From IMG/VR virus record IMGVR_UViG_3300025131_000005: a DNA stretch of 64,000 nucleotides; one strand, written 5' to 3'. Numbering within the stretch: position 1 is the first letter of the stretch; each line of letters begins with the position of its first letter. Under the pieces are notes generated by a model that saw only the letters and a list, made by a program, of their open reading frames with translations, was not told where the DNA came from and ran no database searches. The position numbers and the translations under genes were made by a program. Shown piece by piece: positions 48,587-56,865 of the stretch. The DNA comes from a virus.

Positions 48587-48670
48587 AGCACTGTGGCGGA
48601 ATTGGCATACGCAACGGACTTAAAATCCGTCGCCCGTAAGGGATTGAGGGTTCAAGTCCCTCCAGTGCTA
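48587..48670 (+). tRNA. trnL: tRNA-Leu(TAA)
   Basis: AGCACTG/CAGTGCT acceptor, TGGCGGAATTGGCATACGC D-arm, ACGGA-CTTAAAA-TCCGT anticodon arm, long variable arm and GAGGG-TTCAAGT-CCCTC T-arm; CCA is not encoded. Confidence 0.92.
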
Positions 48671-48774
48671 CATTCACAAAAGGAGATAGAGGTGGATTTC
48701 ACTTTAATTACAATAGTTTACCCGGTAATGACGGCGTTGGTCCTGGCTTATCGAATTTTTGTTGCATAAAAACC

Positions 48775-48802
48775 TTTACTTTGGTTTTTTCGTTCTTATA
48801 GT
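48775..48802 (+). promoter_or_regulatory. Repeated early-type promoter, copy 5
   Basis: TTTACT-16 nt (ending GTTCT)-TATAGT. Confidence 0.7.
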
Positions 48803-48846
48803 TTAAACATCAATGGAAGCTAATACTTATAGTATAGGAGAATAAA

Positions 48847-49917
48847 ATGGCTGTTGATTTCAAAACGTTTCGTTCCGTGGCATCCCACGTTATAGCTGTC
48901 AAGAAACCTGTCTTGCTGCGTGGTCGTCATGGAGTCGGTAAATCTGAGGTTGTATATCAGGTTGCTGAAGATCTTAAACTACCCGTTGTCGAACGTCGTG
49001 CGTCACAAATGACCGAGGGCGATCTCATTGGATTACCTAAGACTGACGGTGATATCACTTCTTTCTGTCCCCCTGATTGGTTTCATCATGCTTGTGAAAA
49101 AGCAGTGGTTCTCTTCTTTGATGAAGTTGATCGTGCTGTAACCGAAGTGCGTCAAGGTCTTTTCGAGTTGACTGATTCTCGCAAACTCTTTGGTAAACAC
49201 TTGCATCCGAAAACTGTCATCTTGGCTGCTGTTAATGGCGGCGAGCATGGTTCCCAATATCAGGTAGGGGAAATGGACCCGGCTGAATTGGACCGATGGA
49301 CTGTTTTTGATGTAGAGCCAAGCGTTGAAGATTGGTTGGATTGGGGCAAGAAAGAGATTGATTCTCTTATCTGGGACTTCATCAATCAGAATCGCTCTCA
49401 CTTGGAGCACTCTGAAGACTTTGAGCCAAACAAAGTTTATCCTTCACGTCGTTCTTGGAAGCGCTTGAATGATTGCTTGGTTGCTGCTAGTCTTCTGTCT
49501 GAGGAGCAAAAGCATAATGCTGACGTGTATCATCTTTCTAGTGCCTTTGTTGGCATGGAAGCCGCCGTTGCGTTCCACGATTTCGTTCAGAATTATGAAC
49601 GTCAAGTGACTGTTGAGATGATTCTTGATGAGGGACAAACCGAGAAGACTTCTGACTTTGGTATCAACGAGCATTGTGCGCTCATCGAGAAGATGGAAGC
49701 TACCGATACTTTTGTTGAACCTCTTGCAGAAGAACAGATTCAAAACTTGACGAATTACTTCGTAACGCTTCCTTCCGAGGCAGCAATGAAGCTTTGGACG
49801 GTTCTCGGTAAAGGCGATAATCAAAATGTAATCGCGTTGCACAAGGCAACTTCTGACGATGGTACTAAAGTTTCTGCTCGCATGGTTCAAATGCTAACCG
49901 GAAAGGAAAAGAAATAA
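48847..49917 (+). CDS. MoxR-like AAA+ ATPase
   Basis: Walker A GRHGVGKS, Walker B LFFDEVDR, AAVN and MDPAELDRW motifs. Confidence 0.85.
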   Translation: MAVDFKTFRSVASHVIAVKKPVLLRGRHGVGKSEVVYQVAEDLKLPVVERRASQMTEGDLIGLPKTDGDITSFCPPDWFHHACEKAVVLFFDEVDRAVTEVRQGLFELTDSRKLFGKHLHPKTVILAAVNGGEHGSQYQVGEMDPAELDRWTVFDVEPSVEDWLDWGKKEIDSLIWDFINQNRSHLEHSEDFEPNKVYPSRRSWKRLNDCLVAASLLSEEQKHNADVYHLSSAFVGMEAAVAFHDFVQNYERQVTVEMILDEGQTEKTSDFGINEHCALIEKMEATDTFVEPLAEEQIQNLTNYFVTLPSEAAMKLWTVLGKGDNQNVIALHKATSDDGTKVSARMVQMLTGKEKK

Positions 49918-50038
49918 GAGTTACGCAAAGGGTAAAAAGAGTTTATTTAATCAAACACCTTTCGCCTTCTAGGTGTCAAAACAAAAGCAGGATAGTAAGG
50001 CTGCTCTACGAGAAATCAGCCCCCTTTGCGCTTTTTCC

Positions 50039-50066
50039 TTTACTTAATCAAATCCGTTCCTATAGT
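50039..50066 (+). promoter_or_regulatory. Repeated early-type promoter, copy 6
   Basis: TTTACT-16 nt (ending GTTCC)-TATAGT. Confidence 0.7.
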
Positions 50067-50090
50067 TAGTATGTAACAGGGAGACAAACC

Positions 50091-51302
50091 GTGTTTAATT
50101 TGAATGACCATATATTTCGTTTGCTTCAACGCGAACCATTCTTCGCTGCCCTTTCCAGGCGCATCGAGAAGACAGAAAGCAAAGCCATTCCAACGGCTGG
50201 CGTTCGTGTGAACCCTGATACGGGTTATTATGAGATGATGTATAATGCAGACTTCTTTGAAAATCTGACTGATGAACAAAGGTCTGGTGTCTTGGTTCAT
50301 GAGTTTTATCATCTTGTTTTTGAACACGTAACTGGCCGTTTACCTGATGAACTAGAAGGCGCAATGGTTAAGCCTACGCGAAAGCAAATGGGTCTTTTTA
50401 AGCTTTGGAACATCGCAACTGATCTTTCAATCAATTGCCATATTGGCAAAAGTAAATTGCCTGAGAACTGTTGTTTTCCTGGTGTTGGTATGTTTGAAGA
50501 TTTCGCTGAATTTGAAACCGGGGAATTCTATTATGAAAAGCTCAAAGAGAAACTAGAAGAAGAAAAGCAAAAAGGCGAAGGTGGAGGCAAAGGCGAATTC
50601 GATCCTGATGCCGCTGGTCAGTTTGATGACCATGGCGAATGGGGTGATGAAGCTTGTGACGAGGCAACAAAGGAAATTGCCAAAGAACGCTTGAAAGAAG
50701 CCATGAAAGGTGCCGTGCAGGAAGCAGCCGGAAAGGGTTGGGGTTCTGTCTCAAGTAGTACCAAACGCGACATTATGGATAGGATATCCACTCGCGTTGA
50801 CTGGCGCAAAGTATTGCGATGGTTTGTTAAATGCTCACAACGTTCTAATAAGCGTTCAACGCCACGTCGATTGAATAAGCGTTATGCTTATATCCATCCG
50901 GGTAGGAAAACCGAACGGGTTGCGAACATTGCTGTTAGTATCGATCAGTCGGGCTCTGTTTCTGATGAAATGCTTGCACTCTTCTATGCTGAATTGAACA
51001 AGCTTGCTGATATTGCTAGCTTTACTGTTATTCCGTTCGATACGCAAGTCGCAGAAGACAAAGTGTATGCTTGGAAAAAGGGAGAGCACAAAAAGCGAGA
51101 GCGCGTTTTGCATGGAGGCACAGACTTTAATGCTCCCACCGAATATGTTAATAAAGGCAACTTTGATGGTCATATTGTACTGACTGATATGTGTGCCCCT
51201 AAACCTAAGCCTTCAAAATGTTCAAGAATGTGGATGACTGATAAAAGAAACGGAAGCAATCCATATTTTCAAACGAATGAAAGAATTGTTATTGTTGATT
51301 AA
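50091..51302 (+). CDS. HExxH metallopeptidase-like domain plus VWA domain protein (MoxR partner)
   Basis: VLVHEFYH, WNIATDLSIN, MIDAS IDQSGS, GGTDF and VLTD motifs. Confidence 0.85.
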   Translation: MFNLNDHIFRLLQREPFFAALSRRIEKTESKAIPTAGVRVNPDTGYYEMMYNADFFENLTDEQRSGVLVHEFYHLVFEHVTGRLPDELEGAMVKPTRKQMGLFKLWNIATDLSINCHIGKSKLPENCCFPGVGMFEDFAEFETGEFYYEKLKEKLEEEKQKGEGGGKGEFDPDAAGQFDDHGEWGDEACDEATKEIAKERLKEAMKGAVQEAAGKGWGSVSSSTKRDIMDRISTRVDWRKVLRWFVKCSQRSNKRSTPRRLNKRYAYIHPGRKTERVANIAVSIDQSGSVSDEMLALFYAELNKLADIASFTVIPFDTQVAEDKVYAWKKGEHKKRERVLHGGTDFNAPTEYVNKGNFDGHIVLTDMCAPKPKPSKCSRMWMTDKRNGSNPYFQTNERIVIVD

Positions 51303-51481
51303 GGAAAATGAAATGAGAAACTTGATTAAACTTTTGTATTCTGTCACGGCAGGCTTGGAACAAGCTTTAGTGACGTTTGATACTATTACGAGGGCTGAAC
51401 ATATTCAAGCTACCTTGCCAGTACCTAAACAAATGAAGCAACGTCAAATAGGCTTTGCTATTCATAGAGAGGAAACACAAA

Positions 51482-51721
51482 GTGAAACTTAAAGCTACTC
51501 TAGGCGATTTGTTGTATGTAGAGCATAACAACACTTTCGGATTGATTTACAAACTAACTCCAAAGAAGGTCTACTATTATGCTTTGGGGGAAAATGGAAT
51601 AGGAGGACCTTATAAAATAGGAAAAGAGTTTCTTTATGAGAAGATCGATGATGGTTCATGTGAACACATCTTAGGAAAAACAAAACACAGAAGAAGGAGA
51701 AATGAAAATGATCACGCTTGA
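51482..51721 (+). CDS. Hypothetical beta-rich protein (distant MKVGDLV-like)
   Basis: TLGDLLYV...GLIY pattern. Confidence 0.45.
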   Translation: MKLKATLGDLLYVEHNNTFGLIYKLTPKKVYYYALGENGIGGPYKIGKEFLYEKIDDGSCEHILGKTKHRRRRNENDHA

Positions 51722-51860
51722 AGAATTGATTAAGCACCGAGATTGTCTTGATGGCATTGCGCGAGGAGATCGAACCACTGTAGAAGAAGCAGAATCGGTT
51801 CAGGTAGCCTTAAGCATGCTAAGTGCTTTGATCACTCAGCTAGAAAATCAATCCGTCGCC

Positions 51861-51888
51861 TTGACTTTCTGATATCGGTTCCTATAGT
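51861..51888 (+). promoter_or_regulatory. Repeated early-type promoter, copy 7 (heads array B)
   Basis: TTGACT-16 nt (ending GTTCC)-TATAGT. Confidence 0.7.
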
Positions 51889-51908
51889 TGAAGTGTAGGA
51901 GGGAAGCA

Positions 51909-52091
51909 ATGCAACCTGGAAACTTAGTCAGAACAACGCGAGCAAGGATAGGCGTACCATTGGGCACGCTAGCCTTGATTGTTGCTTTTTATCCAACGAT
52001 ACCTTCACGAACCATCGAGATCTGGGAAGTTCAGTTTCTAAACGGACGTCATCGCAGATTTTTGGAACAGGACTTAGAGGTTATTGAATGA
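51909..52091 (+). CDS. Array B member
   Basis: MQPGNLV...IWEVQ...DLEVIE. Confidence 0.7.
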   Translation: MQPGNLVRTTRARIGVPLGTLALIVAFYPTIPSRTIEIWEVQFLNGRHRRFLEQDLEVIE

Positions 52092-52279
52092 AACTCGGTG
52101 AGTTGGTTAAGATAACACGGTCTCACCCATCTTCAACGGTTGACGTTCAGGCTGGCGCTCTGGGATTGATTATCAGACATGACCCAGTGGGATATCACAA
52201 CGTTGATATCTGGGAAGTTCAGCTAATGAGTGGACAAAGCTTTAGATATTTGGAAAGGGATTTAGAGGTTATCGAATGA
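52088..52279 (+). CDS. Array B member (close paralog of the previous gene)
   Basis: MKLGELV...IWEVQ...DLEVIE. Confidence 0.7.
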   Translation: MKLGELVKITRSHPSSTVDVQAGALGLIIRHDPVGYHNVDIWEVQLMSGQSFRYLERDLEVIE

Positions 52280-52452
52280 ATCCTGGTGATTTAGTTAATA
52301 TCCGTTACGGTTGTAAACCCGTGATCACAAAAGTGGGAATAATTATTGAGGAGAACAATGGTCAACCATGGCATCATTGGCACGTTTTATTGGAAGGTCA
52401 ATCTTTTCTTTTGCCAGTGAGCTTTCTTGAGGTTATCAGTGAAAGTCGGTGA
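52276..52452 (+). CDS. Array B member (58 aa, not in the ORF track)
   Basis: MNPGDLVNIR...FLEVISESR. Confidence 0.7.
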   Translation: MNPGDLVNIRYGCKPVITKVGIIIEENNGQPWHHWHVLLEGQSFLLPVSFLEVISESR

Positions 52453-52636
52453 CCTCGTAAGAATGACAATGGGTGAAATGCTCTCATGGGAGAGACAAGA
52501 GAAATGGGGTCAAGGCATTGTTACGCAGCTAAATATTTTCTCTAGTAACCAAGACTTGGTTGAAATATATTGGTTCAATTGGGGCCTTCGCAACCATATC
52601 AAAGAAGTGATAGAGGTGATAAGTGAAAGTCGGTGA
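52439..52636 (+). CDS. Array B member
   Basis: VKVGDLVRM...EVISESR. Confidence 0.7.
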   Translation: MKVGDLVRMTMGEMLSWERQEKWGQGIVTQLNIFSSNQDLVEIYWFNWGLRNHIKEVIEVISESR

Positions 52637-52808
52637 TTTAGTTGAAATGAGAACCCAAAATCAGCGTGACGTTTGGGGTTACTCCGCTTTGTGGTTGGTT
52701 TTAGCTGTCCATGACGAAGATTGCCAAGTTTTAGTCATAGATAATAAAACAGAGCACAAAATGTGGGCGTTGAATGGATATTTTGAGGTTGTAAGTGAAA
52801 GTCGGTGA
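52623..52808 (+). CDS. Array B member
   Basis: MKVGDLVEM...EVVSESR. Confidence 0.7.
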   Translation: MKVGDLVEMRTQNQRDVWGYSALWLVLAVHDEDCQVLVIDNKTEHKMWALNGYFEVVSESR

Positions 52809-52965
52809 TTTAGTTACATATAGTTCTAGTGGGATATCCAATAATTTTGTTGGCTTAGTCACTGAACGCGGCGCATGGACTGGAAATTGTGACGTTAAAA
52901 TTTTATGGAACACAGAAGAAGAATCTGTGACGCAGAAAAGTTGTTATCTGAAGGTAATCAAATGA
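52795..52965 (+). CDS. Array B member (56 aa, not in the ORF track)
   Basis: VKVGDLVTYSS...KILW...LKVIK. Confidence 0.7.
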   Translation: MKVGDLVTYSSSGISNNFVGLVTERGAWTGNCDVKILWNTEEESVTQKSCYLKVIK

Positions 52966-53147
52966 AAGTCGGTGACTTGGTAAAACACAAATTGATTGAT
53001 TCTTTGGGCATCGGTTTTGTGATTAGTTTACAAGGTGCTCACACTATGGTGTGCTGGTCACACAGTCACTCAGGTTCGGGACACATAGGCGAGCAACCAA
53101 CGTTGGAAGTAGTCAACAAGTTGGAGGTGATCAGTGAAAGTCGGTGA
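52962..53147 (+). CDS. Array B member
   Basis: MKVGDLVKH...EVISESR. Confidence 0.7.
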   Translation: MKVGDLVKHKLIDSLGIGFVISLQGAHTMVCWSHSHSGSGHIGEQPTLEVVNKLEVISESR

Positions 53148-53358
53148 CGTTGTAAAATTGAAAGGCAAAACTTCCCACGGCAAAAATAGAGTGAGGGAGC
53201 AGGGAGAACTTTGGAAGGTAATAAATTTTTCATCTGCTTTGCCTCATGGACCTTTTCCCAAAGGAACCCCAACTGTTAAACTAATTACTTTAGACGGGAA
53301 ACACTGGCGTATAATTTCGCATCCCAATGATGAAAATTTTGAGGTGGCAAATGAATAA
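53134..53358 (+). CDS. Array B member
   Basis: MKVGDVVKL...FEVANE. Confidence 0.7.
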   Translation: MKVGDVVKLKGKTSHGKNRVREQGELWKVINFSSALPHGPFPKGTPTVKLITLDGKHWRIISHPNDENFEVANE

Positions 53359-53518
53359 AAGACCGAAGGTAGGAGACTTAATCATGTGCCACAATGAGCC
53401 CGCTTTAGTTACTGATTCATCTTCTGTTTATTCAGGTTACGTTGAAGTGATGATGTCTAATGGTTATAAAAAACTAATCAATGGAATGAATTCGGAAATA
53501 ATAAGTGAAGGTGGGTGA
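53351..53518 (+). CDS. Array B member
   Basis: MNKRPKVGDLI...EIISEGG. Confidence 0.65.
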   Translation: MNKRPKVGDLIMCHNEPALVTDSSSVYSGYVEVMMSNGYKKLINGMNSEIISEGG

Positions 53519-53660
53519 CCTCACTATCTACAAAGGGCAAATAGTTGTCATTGTCGATACTGAAGGTTGCGATATTGATAGGGTTAAGATAGTGCTTCCC
53601 AACGGGAAAATAAAAGAGGTTGATAAAACCGGGCTGGTAACATTGAGTGAAAACAGGTGA
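53505..53660 (+). CDS. Array B member (51 aa, not in the ORF track)
   Basis: VKVGDLTIYKG...TLSENR. Confidence 0.65.
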   Translation: MKVGDLTIYKGQIVVIVDTEGCDIDRVKIVLPNGKIKEVDKTGLVTLSENR

Positions 53661-53802
53661 TTTAATAAAATGGTATGGTAAGTTAGGGTTCGTTGTAGAG
53701 CCTGCCGAACACTTTCCTGAATTTATTATTGTCTTGATGCTTGATGGTTCACGCAAACAAATCGATAGGGATTGCTTAGAGATTGTAAATGAAAGTCGGT
53801 GA
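53647..53802 (+). CDS. Array B member (51 aa, not in the ORF track)
   Basis: VKTGDLIKWYG...LEIVNESR. Confidence 0.65.
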   Translation: MKTGDLIKWYGKLGFVVEPAEHFPEFIIVLMLDGSRKQIDRDCLEIVNESR

Positions 53803-53977
53803 TTTAGTTGAAGTTAATTTTAATACTGGTGAAGCCCCGTTGCTAGCCATTATTATAGGAAAGCACAAAACAAGGACACGATGGATGGACGTGCGATTTA
53901 TTGATGACCCTCACAATGGCTTTTGGGACTACCATAGTTATCCGTGGAGAAATTTACGTTTAATCTCAGAGAGTTAG
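53789..53977 (+). CDS. Array B last member
   Basis: MKVGDLVEV...RLISES. Confidence 0.7.
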   Translation: MKVGDLVEVNFNTGEAPLLAIIIGKHKTRTRWMDVRFIDDPHNGFWDYHSYPWRNLRLISES

Positions 53978-53997
53978 AAGAATAATTATTTTTTTTC

Positions 53998-54025
53998 TTT
54001 ACTCTGCTTGTCGCGTTCCTATAGT
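53998..54025 (+). promoter_or_regulatory. Repeated early-type promoter, copy 8
   Basis: TTTACT-16 nt (ending GTTCC)-TATAGT. Confidence 0.7.
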
Positions 54026-54061
54026 TCTACTGTAAGAGGGACACACCCAAGGAGTTGAAAG

Positions 54062-54364
54062 ATGTCATTAGGAAAACAAAAAGCCACGTTAGGAAATGCC
54101 GGCTCACGACGAGTTGAGAGAACCCGTCGAAGCTTTGGCCAACAATTACATACGCGCCCGATGCCGGCAAGGATTCATCTCCGCGCCCACATGGCAAACG
54201 GTAATATTCTAGGCATTGCTCAAATCAATGATCGTTTTATGGTTGCCATCTTCAATCAACACGAGCAACCTTTAAGCGAGCCCACCATCTTCAGCGGAGG
54301 CAATGGACGAACCAATGCCGCCACTTTTGCAAGCGATCTTCTTGGTCGCAGAGTTTCTCTCTAA
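54062..54364 (+). CDS. Hypothetical protein
   Basis: AAGGAG SD after the promoter. Confidence 0.55.
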   Translation: MSLGKQKATLGNAGSRRVERTRRSFGQQLHTRPMPARIHLRAHMANGNILGIAQINDRFMVAIFNQHEQPLSEPTIFSGGNGRTNAATFASDLLGRRVSL

Positions 54365-54706
54365 CTATTAAATTATAAGGACAAGCACAATGACCCGTGA
54401 GCATTTTGAACTAATCGCCAAAGTCGTCAGCACCATTGACAACGAAGACACGCGCAAAGAAACCGCGTTGAACTTTGCAAATGAGCTTCAGCATCTCAAC
54501 CCTCGCTTCCGCATTGACTTCTTCTTGAAAGCGTGCAATCCCTAACCCGATTCGCGGATTTTTATTCGCGCCAAATTTTCCCCTAACCCCAAGGATATCT
54601 AAATGTATGAATTCATTATAGTTTGTTGCCTGATTTATATTTGCATCAAATTATCTAATAAATACTAAATGATTCCGAGGGCTTAGAATTATTTTCATTT
54701 TCCCCC

Positions 54707-54734
54707 TTTACTTTCCCTTAACCGTTCTTATTAT
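54707..54734 (+). promoter_or_regulatory. Repeated early-type promoter, copy 9
   Basis: TTTACT-16 nt (ending GTTCT)-TATTAT. Confidence 0.55.
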
Positions 54735-54760
54735 TCTATTGTAGGAAGGAGAAACCTAAC

Positions 54761-54985
54761 ATGAGAAACCTAAACACAGTGATGACACACGCGCAAGCGG
54801 TTGACTACTTTGAAAATGAAATTATGCCGGAGCTTCGCGCAATCGAAGCACAGCAAGGCGGAAACCCTGATTGGCCTCTTCGTTGCGAGACTTGGAACAA
54901 TTGGACGGACTCACTTTGCAAAGATGGTGAAATTTCCGATTGGCAATATGAGAATTGGTCTCAGCCCCCAAGCTGCGACGACTAG
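54761..54985 (+). CDS. Hypothetical protein
   Basis: AAGGAG SD; WNNWTDSLCKDGEISDWQYENW motif. Confidence 0.6.
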   Translation: MRNLNTVMTHAQAVDYFENEIMPELRAIEAQQGGNPDWPLRCETWNNWTDSLCKDGEISDWQYENWSQPPSCDD

Positions 54986-55098
54986 CAGAAAGGGTTGATT
55001 GATGATTTACCTATTAGCCTTTAGCATTGGAATCGCAGCCGGATTCACTTACGGAATGATTAGCATCAAGCTAGTTTAAAAGGACGAGGCAACAACGA

Positions 55099-55329
55099 AT
55101 GAATAAGCCAACCGAAGAAGACAAAGCTAACCAAGCAATCGGCAACCTATTTAAGCTAGCCTTTGATTTATCAGATAAGGCGCGTTACTGTTTGCATCCA
55201 TCCAGCGATGACTTGAGCCCTTACCTTCCAACTAGCGAGGAAATAGCAAACTACAATCAATTGCTTTTCGATGCTAAACTCTCTTACGTTGAACTTGAGC
55301 GAGCTTTGCTCAATCAGTGTAAGAATTAA
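55099..55329 (+). CDS. Hypothetical protein
   Basis: 76-aa ORF. Confidence 0.45.
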   Translation: MNKPTEEDKANQAIGNLFKLAFDLSDKARYCLHPSSDDLSPYLPTSEEIANYNQLLFDAKLSYVELERALLNQCKN

Positions 55330-55330
55330 C

Positions 55331-55401
55331 GTTGCAAGCTTGGTGGGTGTTGCTCCTTTGTGTCTTTAAGAGTAAAACATCACACCCACCAAGCTTGCAA
55401 C
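55331..55401. repeat. Perfect 20-bp inverted repeat with a 31-nt spacer
   Basis: GTTGCAAGCTTGGTGGGTGT (55331-55350) / ACACCCACCAAGCTTGCAAC (55382-55401). Confidence 0.9.
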
Positions 55402-55560
55402 CCTTTAATATCATTGAGGAAACTATTTCAAACTATTTTCACTTATTTAATGATATCAACGAGTTACAATGTAAAATAGTTCTTGCAAAGAGTCTCATCA
55501 TATGCTAGAATCTATGTATAAACAAAAACGGTTGAGGAACCACTTACAAAGGAAAACCAC

Positions 55561-56355
55561 TTGAGCGCTTTAACGAACTTACTTGCAACAACTTTAATCC
55601 TTCCCCAAGATGACCAGACATTGCACGCTTTGTCTTTCCAAGATAACCAAGACCGGGAACACCTTGATGCACTCGTCAAGTCCAATTTGCCCATGGCTGT
55701 CAAGGTTGCCATGAAGAACAAGCGCAACGGACTTGACCTTGAAGACCTAACCAGCGAAGCAGTCACGGGAATTCTCAGGGCAGCGGAAAGCTTTGATCCT
55801 GATTGCGGTGCTTCCTTCACGCATTATGCAAAGCAATGGATGCGGGCGAAGGTCCAAGATTATGTTCAAGCCAATTGTGGAACCATTCGCGTTGGCAGTC
55901 GTTCAGCGAAAAAGCTTTTCAGTGGCTTGAATCGTGTCCGTCGTCAATTCGGTTCCGACGTAAGCAATGAAGTTATAGCGCAAGAACTTGGAATTGATGT
56001 TGAAGATGTCAACGAGATTTTGCCCCTTATCACTGCCCGTGCAGCTTCTTTGAATGCTCCCATCGGTGACGGTTCCGAGTTGCATGAAGTAATCCCAAGC
56101 AAGCGAATTAATCAAGCCGAGGCAATGGAAAGAACAGAAACTTCCGAGGCAATTGCACAAGCATTAAAAGAGTTTTCGGATAACCTAAAACCTAATCATG
56201 CAGCAATCTTTAATAACCGAATTCTTGCAGACTATCACGGTGAAGAGAAAGCACATGCCGAGTCTTTTGGTGTAACGAAGCAACGTGTGCAGCAGATTGA
56301 AAAAGACTTGAATACAAAGTTGCAAAATCACTTTATTGCTTGCGGCCTTCGCTAA
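55561..56355 (+). CDS. RNA polymerase sigma-70 family factor (RpoH/RpoD-like)
   Basis: Region 2 LVKSNLPMAVKVA...DLTSEAVTGILRAAESFDP...FTHYAKQWMR; region 3 SLNAPI; region 4 FGVTKQRVQQIEK; TTG start after AAGGA. Confidence 0.88.
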   Translation: MSALTNLLATTLILPQDDQTLHALSFQDNQDREHLDALVKSNLPMAVKVAMKNKRNGLDLEDLTSEAVTGILRAAESFDPDCGASFTHYAKQWMRAKVQDYVQANCGTIRVGSRSAKKLFSGLNRVRRQFGSDVSNEVIAQELGIDVEDVNEILPLITARAASLNAPIGDGSELHEVIPSKRINQAEAMERTETSEAIAQALKEFSDNLKPNHAAIFNNRILADYHGEEKAHAESFGVTKQRVQQIEKDLNTKLQNHFIACGLR

Positions 56356-56383
56356 ACGTTCGAGGCTTTAACTAACTATTTAT

Positions 56384-56530
56384 GTGAAATACACAGTTAA
56401 ATATATATCAGTAATTAACGAAGTTATTCAACTAAGTTTTATGTTTGAAGATATAGCATGCCAGTTCCAGCAAAAGCTTTTAGCTATGGGATGCGTTGCC
56501 TGGATTGAGATAGAAGAAGATGAAATATAA
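56384..56530 (+). CDS. Small CxAW-family protein 1 (not in the ORF track)
   Basis: VKYTVKY...GCVAWIE; preceded by ACTATTTAT. Confidence 0.55.
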   Translation: MKYTVKYISVINEVIQLSFMFEDIACQFQQKLLAMGCVAWIEIEEDEI

Positions 56531-56717
56531 AATGTTTTATAGGGTGCGTGGTTTGGATAATTTGCAACTTAAGGTTGATGAATTATACCGTTCAGAATAT
56601 ATGGCAAAAACAGTTATGCAAGCCTATTTAAAACGTTCTTGCGTTGCATGGGTTGAAGAGGAAATTAGAGTTTATGAAGCCGGATATGGATGGAAAAAGA
56701 CCGAAGCTTCTATATAA
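56520..56717 (+). CDS. Small CxAW-family protein 2
   Basis: MKYKMFY...SCVAWVE. Confidence 0.55.
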   Translation: MKYKMFYRVRGLDNLQLKVDELYRSEYMAKTVMQAYLKRSCVAWVEEEIRVYEAGYGWKKTEASI

Positions 56718-56865
56718 ACTTTTCTATATCAATCCACAGGGTGATTTGATTACCCCAATGTGCGAAAACAGAAACGTTGCTTATGCTTTTATGAACTTAA
56801 AACTTTCTCAAGGTTGCGCTTGTTGGATTAAAGAATGCCGTTGGGTGGAAGGTACAGAAGATTAG
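56686..56865 (+). CDS. Small CxAW-family protein 3 (start uncertain)
   Basis: LYKLFY...GCACWIK. Confidence 0.45.
   Translation: MDGKRPKLLYKLFYINPQGDLITPMCENRNVAYAFMNLKLSQGCACWIKECRWVEGTED

Larger units (their letters stand above)
51909..53977 (+). repeat. Array B: 12 chained MKVGDLV mini-genes
   Basis: Starts at 51909, 52088, 52276, 52439, 52623, 52795, 52962, 53134, 53351, 53505, 53647 and 53789; every pair overlaps by 4-14 nt. Confidence 0.85.

Noticed and set aside
44307-53977. CRISPR array (regularly spaced conserved repeats)
   Set aside because: The intervals are about 150-210 nt open reading frames in register with the repeat. The repeat is non-palindromic and coding, and no cas genes are present.
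44307-53977. Diversity-generating retroelement or integron
   Set aside because: There is no reverse transcriptase, no TR/VR pair with adenine-specific differences, no integrase and no attC-like palindromes in the window.
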